IMG/VR virus record: IMGVR_UViG_3300026097_000013
Location: 1 to 64,000 of that record
Source of the DNA: a virus
Strand: one strand, 5' to 3'
DNA: 64,000 nt
In this document: piece after piece, positions 17,262-25,284 of the stretch
How the letters are laid out: each line of letters begins with the position of its first letter
Position numbering within the stretch: the stretch's first letter is position 1
Notes under the pieces: generated by a model
Told to the model about the DNA's origin: nothing
Databases searched by the model: none
What the model saw: the letters and a program-made list of their open reading frames with translations, nothing else
Position numbers and translations under genes: made by a program

Positions 17262-18088
17262 ACTTGTGTTTCCTGCAATATACGCCAAGCAGTGCCGTCT
17301 TCCATCTCTGCTTGTGTAAATTGCGAATACGATAAGTGTGTTAGAAATGCATACATCTCATCTTCTGTGGGTATTCTAGGAGTTTCTAGATTTGCTAGAT
17401 CGGTTTCGCAGATTAATTGTGCGGCGTTTGGTCCTAGTGTAATAGCAGGCTTGCCTTCCATTAGTGCTTCCGTTGCTGCAATACTATTATATGTGATCAA
17501 ACAATGAACATCGTCTTGCAGAGCGTCTTGTATTGTTTTAGTACTAATACGCTCGCTGCGAATAGGCTTCATTCTAATTTCGATAGGGCGATCAGTAAGC
17601 GTCTTTAGTTGTGCTACTAGCTTATCAGTCCATTCTTGTGCAGTACCTTGATTAAACATATTCATTACTTTGTCGCTTGGGGGGCACACCATAATCTTAC
17701 TACCAGGTGTAAACGGTTTATAAATTTCTTTCCATGAGTCGGCTTTTAATTGTAATAGCAGTCTGTTGTCATCTTGTTTAATCATTTCGTTCATATTTTG
17801 CAATGCATTATATGTTATACGATGCCAAGTTTTATGTTTAGAGTTACCAAAATATCCTGTGTCTACAGCATAAAAAGATCTACCAGTTTTCCAACACTGC
17901 TTGATTGCTTTTTGACTGCCGCCGCCGAGGCCTCTAATTACAAGAATACTATCTGTATTTTCTTCATCGGCCCACGTTGACGTTGTACCATTAACTCCTT
18001 CGATAAAACTTTTTAAGTAAGGATCATAGTCGTGGCCTTTTCTTGCATAGTTTGTTCCGCTAGTATCTATAGCTGCTACTTTACCCAT
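17258..18088 (-). CDS. Putative GT-B glycosyltransferase, paralog 3
   Basis: VDTGYF, VCPP...RPIEIRMKP...YNSIAATEALMEGKP. Confidence 0.6.
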   Translation of the reverse strand: MGKVAAIDTSGTNYARKGHDYDPYLKSFIEGVNGTTSTWADEENTDSILVIRGLGGGSQKAIKQCWKTGRSFYAVDTGYFGNSKHKTWHRITYNALQNMNEMIKQDDNRLLLQLKADSWKEIYKPFTPGSKIMVCPPSDKVMNMFNQGTAQEWTDKLVAQLKTLTDRPIEIRMKPIRSERISTKTIQDALQDDVHCLITYNSIAATEALMEGKPAITLGPNAAQLICETDLANLETPRIPTEDEMYAFLTHLSYSQFTQAEMEDGTAWRILQETQV

Positions 18089-18755
18089 TCATCATTTCCT
18101 GTAGTTCGTCTTTCCATAGTTGATGGAATTCGCAGTCCCTGTAGTTTTCAAACCACGGGCCGCCTTCTGTATAGTGTATTAGATTAGGTTTTTCTAGATC
18201 TTCGTACACGCCTACTAAGTAGTTCCATGTATGATCTAACTCACCAATCTCTTCGTCTTTAAGCCAACTGAAACGATGCAAGTATGCTCCGGTAATTTCT
18301 GGGTCATTTACTAATTCTTTTGTAACTGCTCGATTACTAGGATGTGCGCAGTTAATTAACATAACACTACTCCAGTTTTTTCTCGGATATACGGTTTGTT
18401 GCTGTCCATCCATTTTAACTCCTTCTCTCGGAGTATAATCATGTTGCACACACATTACTGCATATTTGTCATCTGCCTGATCAAATAGTTCCTTAATATC
18501 AGTTGTAAGGATCATATCGCAATCCATGAACAAAGCCCAGCCTTTGTAATTTGTTAATTCAGGAATAAGAAAACGTGTAAACGTAAACTCTGTACTTGCA
18601 AGTTTATCTATATCTCTCCAATACAGATTAGATACTCTTAAATCATTTTGTTTTAAAGGCATAACTTCTGCGTCCGGCTGTTTACTTACAATACTATGTT
18701 TGCACACTTGATATGCAATATCTTCTCTACTATCCCATCCTACGAATACTTTCAT
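18081..18755 (-). CDS. GT8-like glycosyltransferase
   Basis: VFVGWDSRE, STEFTFTRFL, FMDCDM, YPRKNWSS, HYTEGGPW; TAATG coupling gives start 18755. Confidence 0.75.
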   Translation of the reverse strand: MKVFVGWDSREDIAYQVCKHSIVSKQPDAEVMPLKQNDLRVSNLYWRDIDKLASTEFTFTRFLIPELTNYKGWALFMDCDMILTTDIKELFDQADDKYAVMCVQHDYTPREGVKMDGQQQTVYPRKNWSSVMLINCAHPSNRAVTKELVNDPEITGAYLHRFSWLKDEEIGELDHTWNYLVGVYEDLEKPNLIHYTEGGPWFENYRDCEFHQLWKDELQEMMNG

Positions 18756-19525
18756 TAGTCTCTTCTTTCTATATCTTCTTCTATACACTCACTGCCCCAT
18801 TGTACCTCGAGGATGTGTGCATTTTCTTTTCCCGGATTACTAGGCTTGTGCCAGACTTGTGTGCCGATTTTATATGTAACAGACTCGGGCGTTAGTGTTA
18901 CCGAATGTTTATTTGAATTCCATTCTGTCGTGATATCTACTACACCTTCGAGTATGGTCCAATCTTCCGAACGTTTGAAGTGTCGCTGATCGCTTAGACT
19001 CTTGCCGGGGTAGATTACAAGTTCTTTTACTTTGTAACCTTTCTCGGGCTTATGATCTAATACACGCCAATAACCCCAATCACGTTCTGTCTTTTGTGTC
19101 TTCCACTCGTCAAGTATCCAACTACTCGAATTGGCTTTGTTTGCGCCGCCTACTCCAAACACAAACTCTACACTGGGATAATTGCCATAAGTTTCATATT
19201 CAGGTGTAGTTGTATTGGTTCTGTCGCCGCCATTGGCAAATACTACATTATCTATTGTAGTTGCTAGTATGTGTCCGATTGCATTGCGAGCTGTGTCGTC
19301 TTCGTCATTAAATCCGATAACATCGTCAACACATGCTAGTTCTTTAATAATAGCAGCCCGTTCTTCAAATGGCATGAACGGGCGGCCCTTTTTGCGTGTA
19401 AGCCATGCATCAGAATTAACACCGACTACTAATTTGTCGCCTAATTCTCGTGCTGCTTTGAAATAGGCAATGTGTCCTGAATGCAGAGGATCAAAGCCAC
19501 CTGTAACTAATACTACCTTGCTCAT
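18755..19525 (-). CDS. Cytidylyltransferase-like (HIGH) domain fused to a mannose-6-P-isomerase-type cupin
   Basis: TGGFDPLHSGH, ANGGDR, SSSWIL; C-terminal RDWG..KELVIYPGKSLSDQRH..RSE. Confidence 0.8.
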   Translation of the reverse strand: MSKVVLVTGGFDPLHSGHIAYFKAARELGDKLVVGVNSDAWLTRKKGRPFMPFEERAAIIKELACVDDVIGFNDEDDTARNAIGHILATTIDNVVFANGGDRTNTTTPEYETYGNYPSVEFVFGVGGANKANSSSWILDEWKTQKTERDWGYWRVLDHKPEKGYKVKELVIYPGKSLSDQRHFKRSEDWTILEGVVDITTEWNSNKHSVTLTPESVTYKIGTQVWHKPSNPGKENAHILEVQWGSECIEEDIERRD

Positions 19526-19546
19526 GTAGATATTTATATATGCTAT

Positions 19547-20260
19547 TCAGTATGAATTAAATTTATGGTAGCTTAAGATTGTTGTTACAGGATTATCAAT
19601 TTTATATTTTCTTGATTTAAATTCTTTTCTCATTTGAGATTTTACATCTTTTCTATAAGGAGACCCGTCACCAGTTAATTGTGTCTTGGTTAGCGATCCT
19701 CTAACTCTTCTATAAAGATATATTGGCAAATCTGTTTCTATTTTTTTTGTTAAATTTAATTTTGTTGCACGGCGTGTAAAAAAGCCATCACATGCTACCC
19801 TGTAGTGACTATACCCTCCTAGCAAATTTAAGGCATGTAAAGTAAAAAATATAGAGCCGTCGGCAATTTTTGGACTAGATTTTTGAGTTAAATTTTCGTC
19901 GCATTCGATTTGATAAGGTTGTACAACCTCAGAGTTTTCTAAATGTTTAATGCCATTCGCTAAAAAATTTTCACAGGGCACATCGTCAGAATCAAATCGT
20001 AAAAACGCATCTACATTATGACTTGCTGCTTCTTTTATAAGAGAGTTTGTAAGAATATATGTCCCTACATTTTCTGAAGCAGAATAATATGAAATATTTT
20101 TCTCTTTTAATAAATTTGCAGTATCAACACAAGCATCGACACCAATAAAGTATTTTATATTCCAGTCAGTTGGAATTTGTTGTTCCTTAAAGGAATTTAA
20201 TGTTTCTAATATATATTGTTCAGCCTTATAAGCTGTAATCATTACTGCAAGTGTTTTCAT
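19547..20260 (-). CDS. GT2-like glycosyltransferase
   Basis: MITAYKAEQYI, GVDAC, RFDSDD, ACDGFF; AT-rich. Confidence 0.7.
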   Translation of the reverse strand: MKTLAVMITAYKAEQYILETLNSFKEQQIPTDWNIKYFIGVDACVDTANLLKEKNISYYSASENVGTYILTNSLIKEAASHNVDAFLRFDSDDVPCENFLANGIKHLENSEVVQPYQIECDENLTQKSSPKIADGSIFFTLHALNLLGGYSHYRVACDGFFTRRATKLNLTKKIETDLPIYLYRRVRGSLTKTQLTGDGSPYRKDVKSQMRKEFKSRKYKIDNPVTTILSYHKFNSY

Positions 20261-20940
20261 TTTACTTCCGAAAAAAATCTGTAAACATCTCTAGCTATAT
20301 CAGTGCGTGAGCCTTTCTTGTTTACATTTCTGTGTAATTGTACTTTGTGTGTTGGCAATTCTGTAAATTCATCTGAAACAAATTTAAATTCATCTTGATT
20401 GGTTATTTTTGATATAGCTCTTGACATAAAAATATCTTCACCATTAAACACTTGTTGATAGTCTTTCCAATAAATTTTAGCATACTTTATTACGTCTGGA
20501 AGCAGCCAGCTATCGACTAGTGTTCCGCCTGTTAAAATTAGTGGCGCAGTTTGTTGTCCTTCGATTGGAGGACGATCTCGGTATTTGTTATTATGAAACC
20601 ATCTAGGCCAACATCCAGTAATTGGCTGTTTCATATCTAACATTTTTTTCATAGTGCTTTCTTTGTACACAAAATCGTCGTCTTGCATAAAAACATATCT
20701 GTTTTTACAATTCAATGCCCACGTATATCTTGCAAGTAATCCAAAGCTTGGCCAAGCACCGTATGTATACGGTCCAGGCATATGCACAAACTTAAATTTA
20801 GATGTAGGCTTGGCTAACGCAACTTCAGTTCCTGTTATTACCAATACTTCGTCTACAATATCATAATGCTCATATGCCTCGTATATTGCATCTAGATTAG
20901 CAGCTCTGTCGGGGTGTAGTGTAAAGCTAACTGAGATCAT
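20257..20940 (-). CDS. GT-A glycosyltransferase (GT64/EXTL-like)
   Basis: VFMQDDD, LTGG, GEDIFMS. Confidence 0.6.
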   Translation of the reverse strand: MISVSFTLHPDRAANLDAIYEAYEHYDIVDEVLVITGTEVALAKPTSKFKFVHMPGPYTYGAWPSFGLLARYTWALNCKNRYVFMQDDDFVYKESTMKKMLDMKQPITGCWPRWFHNNKYRDRPPIEGQQTAPLILTGGTLVDSWLLPDVIKYAKIYWKDYQQVFNGEDIFMSRAISKITNQDEFKFVSDEFTELPTHKVQLHRNVNKKGSRTDIARDVYRFFSEVK

Positions 20941-20942
20941 TT

Positions 20943-21536
20943 TTATGTTTTCCTAAATATATAAAAATCACTAAAGGATGTGGTCTTTTCGTAATCGCTG
21001 TTGTATGGATATAAATTTTTTATAATTTTTATACATTCAAAATTTGAAGGAATGTCGTTGACAAACTTTCTGTGTCTTACATGTGAAGATTTTGATGTTA
21101 TAGTTTCATCATTAGACGAATATATAATTACAAATTTTTTTGACGATGTAAATAAATTTTGTATATAATTATTATAAGTATCATCTTCAATTAAATGATA
21201 TAATACATCTAATGACAAGCTTAACTCATACATTTGATTGTTATATTCGTCAATATGATAAAAGTTTTTAGTTCTATCGTCTTTGAAAATTTCTTTGCAT
21301 ATGGATATAGATTTAGTAGAAATGTCATACCCAACATAGCTAGGATAATTTGCCAATGATAACTGATTTCCATCACCGCAACCAAATTCTATAACTGATT
21401 CAATATTATTTTCTATTACAAAATTATTTAATATCTCTGATTTAAATTTAGCAAGATTTCCGTAAGAACCTGCTCCAGAATTTCCGTTAGAATTATATCT
21501 ATCGTTCCAATATTGTTTAGAATTTTTAAATTTCAT
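20943..21536 (-). CDS. Class I SAM-dependent methyltransferase
   Basis: YWNDRY..GNSGAGSYG, IEFGCGDG, YVGYDIS, LSLDVLYHL. Confidence 0.85.
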   Translation of the reverse strand: MKFKNSKQYWNDRYNSNGNSGAGSYGNLAKFKSEILNNFVIENNIESVIEFGCGDGNQLSLANYPSYVGYDISTKSISICKEIFKDDRTKNFYHIDEYNNQMYELSLSLDVLYHLIEDDTYNNYIQNLFTSSKKFVIIYSSNDETITSKSSHVRHRKFVNDIPSNFECIKIIKNLYPYNSDYEKTTSFSDFYIFRKT

Positions 21537-21541
21537 ACAAC

Positions 21542-21570
21542 TATTTATATACGTACTTTACAGCTAAATA
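21542..21570. promoter_or_regulatory. Back-to-back late promoters (TAAATA on both strands), both leaderless
   Basis: Minus TAAATA 21547-21542, 5 nt before ATG 21536; plus TAAATA 21565-21570, 5 nt before ATG 21576. Confidence 0.7.
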
Positions 21571-21575
21571 TTTTT

Positions 21576-22190
21576 ATGTTTATTTCTCACAAATACAAAT
21601 TTATTTTTATAAAAACAAGAAAAACAGCCGGATCAAGTATTGAAAAATTCTTTTTAGATTTACATAAAACATCAGATGATTTTGTATTCGGGGGCATGCC
21701 TCCAGAAAATTTAAAGCCAATAAATATAAAATCAAAAAAAGATTGTGAACATATTAGTTGGAAGTGGATTAACAAAAATTACTCTAAAGAATGGAAAGAG
21801 TATTACAAGTTTACTATCGAAAGAAATTCTTGGGATAAAGTCATTAGTACATATTATTGGCAGTTAAAAAACGGACCATGGAAAATTAAATCATTTGACG
21901 AATATATAAAGACTCAAGGAAAATTATTTAACAGAGGGTGTTGGAATTTGTATACTGCTCAAAATAGATTGTTAGTAGACAATGTTATGCAGTATCATAC
22001 ACTGAGCAAAGACTTTTACAAAATCACAACCAAATTAAATATTCCATATAATAACGAAATTGAAAATATACGTTTTAAATCTAGTGTGAGACCCGATATT
22101 AATTATAAAAATATGTATGACGATCAAACAAAAGAAATTGTTAAAAATTCGTTTATTCAGCCTATAAATTGTTTTGATTATACATTTTAA
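21576..22190 (+). CDS. Sulfotransferase family protein
   Basis: FIFIKTRKTAGSSI (5'-PSB loop) and RNSWDKVISTY (3'-PB motif); start moved to MFISH. Confidence 0.78.
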   Translation: MFISHKYKFIFIKTRKTAGSSIEKFFLDLHKTSDDFVFGGMPPENLKPINIKSKKDCEHISWKWINKNYSKEWKEYYKFTIERNSWDKVISTYYWQLKNGPWKIKSFDEYIKTQGKLFNRGCWNLYTAQNRLLVDNVMQYHTLSKDFYKITTKLNIPYNNEIENIRFKSSVRPDINYKNMYDDQTKEIVKNSFIQPINCFDYTF

Positions 22191-22642
22191 AGTGTTGCGT
22201 CTTCCATGCCTGCTACTCTGAGCTTAACAACGTTTGTGATCTGCCATTGCTTTTGATCAAGTGCTTTGAGTACACCTAACCATTTGTTGCGCATAAGAGC
22301 AAACTCATTAATAATCTTTTCATAGTCAACAACGTCTGCTTCACCGTCAACGTATTTTTCAACATCACGGCTAGATAGCGCACGTTGATAGTTTTCGAGA
22401 TATTTCTTAAAGTACGAGCTGCGCAACCTACGCAGCTCGATGTTTAAGTAGTTTAGAATTGCTTCAATTTCTTGCAGCTGGTTAAAACGATATTCAACAA
22501 TGCCTGGCATTTCTGCTGCGGCACGTTCAACATTGCCATGTAACTTGCACTCTTGCCGAGCTTTCAATAACTCGTCCTCATAGTGTGCTACAGCATCAGG
22601 AATCTTACTAATATCTCGAGATACTGTACTATACCATCCCAT
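22187..22642 (-). CDS. uvsY: Recombination mediator, UvsY-like
   Basis: YFKKYLE..RALSSRDVEKYVDGE...ALDQK..ITNVVKLRVAG; adjacent to uvsX. Confidence 0.7.
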   Translation of the reverse strand: MGWYSTVSRDISKIPDAVAHYEDELLKARQECKLHGNVERAAAEMPGIVEYRFNQLQEIEAILNYLNIELRRLRSSYFKKYLENYQRALSSRDVEKYVDGEADVVDYEKIINEFALMRNKWLGVLKALDQKQWQITNVVKLRVAGMEDATL

Positions 22643-22875
22643 TATTCATCCCATTCGTCATCGTCGTCTACAAATGCATCAGCATCAATTTCTAGATAGT
22701 ACCCTATAGCATTATCTAAGTCAGAGTCAGTTCCTAAAATTTCTTTAAACGACTCGTCACTAACACCGTAATCAGCAAGCATGTCTACATATTTTTCTGC
22801 AACAACATCTATTTGTTTTTTGTCGCAATAACCTTTAAATAATGCCCAAATATCAGCAATTTGTTCTTCATTCAT
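22642..22875 (-). CDS. Small acidic hypothetical protein
   Basis: 77-aa ORF coupled between uvsX and uvsY. Confidence 0.7.
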   Translation of the reverse strand: MNEEQIADIWALFKGYCDKKQIDVVAEKYVDMLADYGVSDESFKEILGTDSDLDNAIGYYLEIDADAFVDDDDEWDE

Positions 22876-24007
22876 TTTCGGTAGTTTCCTCGATTAAGTT
22901 ATCCTCGGTATTTACCAATTCGGCATCAAGTTCAGCTAATTCTGCTTCTCTTTCTAAACGTGCAGCTTCCGCTTCTTGTTCAGCAATTTGTGCTTCTTTA
23001 GCTGGCAAGTCTGCCATAACTTTATCGAGTAGATCACCAGTCCAACGCTTGCGGAACTCGAGGATCTCTTCACCGTCACTCATAATGTACTTGTAGCGAT
23101 TACCTTGCTTTTCCAGCAAGCCTTTTGCATCCATTAGATCAAACATGCCTGAATAAGGATCCATGCCTGTTTCATATGGAATCTCAACTTGTACACTTTC
23201 AAACGGTTTAGCATAACGTGTTTTCATAACTTTACATGCTGCACGAATACCATGTACTTGTGATGTTTTGTTGCCGTCTGCGTCTACTTTTAGTTTAAGT
23301 TTCTTCATAGCAACAACCATTGAACTTGCATACACAAAGCCCGAACCGCCTGAGATCTTGTCATCTGGATCAAACATATCTTGCGATGCATACGTGTGGT
23401 TAGTAACGCACATGCCTACGTTGTAACTACCAAACATGTTAACACAATTGGTTACAAGTGCTTTCAGTGCTTTGGCCTTACGACCCATGTCACCTTTCAT
23501 GTCACCTGCTTCGAACTGCTTTAGTTCTGTAGGCGACATAAGCATACCTAATGAGTCAACTACAAACAATACTTTTGGACGCTCTTCTTCGTTCATGCTT
23601 TTATAGTCGTCCATAAACGTACTAACCGTTTTAGCAACGTCATCAATCATTGCCATATTGAGTTTAAGTAGTTTACTTTCATCTGTATCTACATTAAGTG
23701 CTTGTAGCCATGTTTCATCAAGTGCGTTCTCTGAGTCAATAAGCACAACAAAGATACCTTGCTCTTGTGCATAACGTACAATGTTACCTGATACAATATA
23801 TGATTTGCCTGCGCCTGATTCGCCTGCAAACACTGACACTTTGCCTAATGGAATACCTTTGTTAAAATCGCCACTTAGCAAATAGTTAAGTGCAAAGTTA
23901 CCTGTGCTAATCCAGTCAGTTGGATCATGGAAACCTGCACTCATACCCGTAATAGATTTTGTTAACGAATTACGGAACTTCGTTGGATCGAATGTTTTAC
24001 TAGCCAT
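22868..24007 (-). CDS. uvsX: RecA/UvsX recombinase
   Basis: AGESGAGKS, FVVDSLG, SGGSG, KTRYAKPF; AGGAG SD. Confidence 0.93.
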   Translation of the reverse strand: MASKTFDPTKFRNSLTKSITGMSAGFHDPTDWISTGNFALNYLLSGDFNKGIPLGKVSVFAGESGAGKSYIVSGNIVRYAQEQGIFVVLIDSENALDETWLQALNVDTDESKLLKLNMAMIDDVAKTVSTFMDDYKSMNEEERPKVLFVVDSLGMLMSPTELKQFEAGDMKGDMGRKAKALKALVTNCVNMFGSYNVGMCVTNHTYASQDMFDPDDKISGGSGFVYASSMVVAMKKLKLKVDADGNKTSQVHGIRAACKVMKTRYAKPFESVQVEIPYETGMDPYSGMFDLMDAKGLLEKQGNRYKYIMSDGEEILEFRKRWTGDLLDKVMADLPAKEAQIAEQEAEAARLEREAELAELDAELVNTEDNLIEETTENE

Positions 24008-24039
24008 TAAATTCTCCTAAAAAAGCTGGGCAAGTATAT

Positions 24040-24066
24040 AGGGTTGCTCTTGTAAAAAGCAACCCT
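24040..24066 (-). terminator. Hairpin downstream of the ssDNA-binding gene (terminator or attenuator)
   Basis: AGGGTTGCT/AGCAACCCT 9-bp stem, 9-nt loop; weak U-tract on the minus strand. Confidence 0.5.
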
Positions 24067-24081
24067 TTTAGCTTGCTTTTA

Positions 24082-25089
24082 TTATCCTTGACGAGCGCGG
24101 ATCATTGCAAGAATGTCCTGTGCGCCACCGCCTGCTGGTGCTTCTTCAGCTGCCGGAGTTGCAGTTTCTGTTGCTGCTTCCTCTGTGCTCTTAAAAGGAA
24201 CATCATCTGCAGGTGCTGCTGGTGTAGATGCAGGTGCGCTTTGACTGACAGCAGTTGCTTGTGGGCTTGCTGCTACTTGCGGATCACCTGTACGTGCAGC
24301 CATACCTGCTGGACGGAAGTATTGGCTCCAGCGATCTGCATCATACGGTTCACCGTCTACTGAAGCTTCAAACATTTCCTGCATAACTTTTACAGCAGTT
24401 TCGTCTGGCTTTTTAGGAAGGAAGTCTGATAAATTAAACAATCCATGTTCGTTTACTGCTGCCATTTCTGCATCAGTTAGTGGACGTTCACGACGTGCCC
24501 AATTACTAGTACCATAGTCAGCATAGCCACCTTTTGAACCTTTGTTAAGACGGAAGTCTACGCCTGCTGTGTAATCTGTTGGCATTTCTTCCATGTCTGG
24601 ATCCATAAGACTTGCTTTAATAATTTGGAAGATTTGAGGACCAATAATAAAACGACGAATCGGATTATCTGGAACTTGATCATCAGTTAAAGGATTGTCA
24701 GTTACAAAGCCTTGGAAGATATAACTACGTTTTTTCCAGTACTTACGACCCATATCTTCAAGACTTGGGTCTTTAAACCAACCACGTACTTCATTTAGAA
24801 TGTTACATGACTCGCCATACATTTCCATACATGGAACTTGTACCTGTACTGGACGTGAGCCAGTCTCGCCTTTAACTCCACTAAACGGAAGTTTGATCAT
24901 CAAACGTTCTGCCCAGAAGTATGTGTTATCTGGATTACCATCAGGGAGGAAACGAAAGGTTGCTGTTGAACCTTCTGCAATATTCCAAAATGGGTAAATT
25001 GGGTTTGGACCACTTGGTCCGCTTGATGCACCTGATGAACGTGCTTCTTGTTCTTTGAGCTTTGCTCGGATTTCTGCTAATGATGCCAT
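24082..25089 (-). CDS. 32: Single-stranded DNA-binding protein (T4 gp32-like)
   Basis: Basic N-arm MASLAEIRAKLK, FRFLPD, C-x8-C zinc region, YWKKRSY, acidic C-tail. Confidence 0.85.
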   Translation of the reverse strand: MASLAEIRAKLKEQEARSSGASSGPSGPNPIYPFWNIAEGSTATFRFLPDGNPDNTYFWAERLMIKLPFSGVKGETGSRPVQVQVPCMEMYGESCNILNEVRGWFKDPSLEDMGRKYWKKRSYIFQGFVTDNPLTDDQVPDNPIRRFIIGPQIFQIIKASLMDPDMEEMPTDYTAGVDFRLNKGSKGGYADYGTSNWARRERPLTDAEMAAVNEHGLFNLSDFLPKKPDETAVKVMQEMFEASVDGEPYDADRWSQYFRPAGMAARTGDPQVAASPQATAVSQSAPASTPAAPADDVPFKSTEEAATETATPAAEEAPAGGGAQDILAMIRARQG

Positions 25090-25197
25090 AGTTATGCCTC
25101 CTAATTTTATGCCTATGTGCCTTTGATAGCGTTTTGCTATCTGTGCCTAATTATGTAGCACACTTATAATACTACACGAAGTTATTTATCTTGTCAA
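25090..25197 (-). promoter_or_regulatory. gp32 promoter and 5' UTR with four AGGCAYA repeats and a hairpin
   Basis: TTGACA-17-TAGTAT with an embedded TAAATA; AGGCACA x2 and AGGCATA x2; GATAGC/GCTATC hairpin; AGGAGG SD. Confidence 0.75.
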
Positions 25198-25206
25198 CTA
25201 ATTTTT

Positions 25207-25284
25207 TTAAGTTTTTTGGTATTGAAAGTTTGCATAATGTTCATTCGAGCTATAGCTGTCTCCGAAGATCCAAACTTTTTGCAT
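25207..25284 (-). pseudogene. 25-aa remnant of an SGNH/GDSL hydrolase-like gene
   Basis: MQKVWIFGDSYSSNEHYANFQYQKT*, TAATG-coupled to the previous stop; FGDSY is the SGNH block I pattern. Confidence 0.5.
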
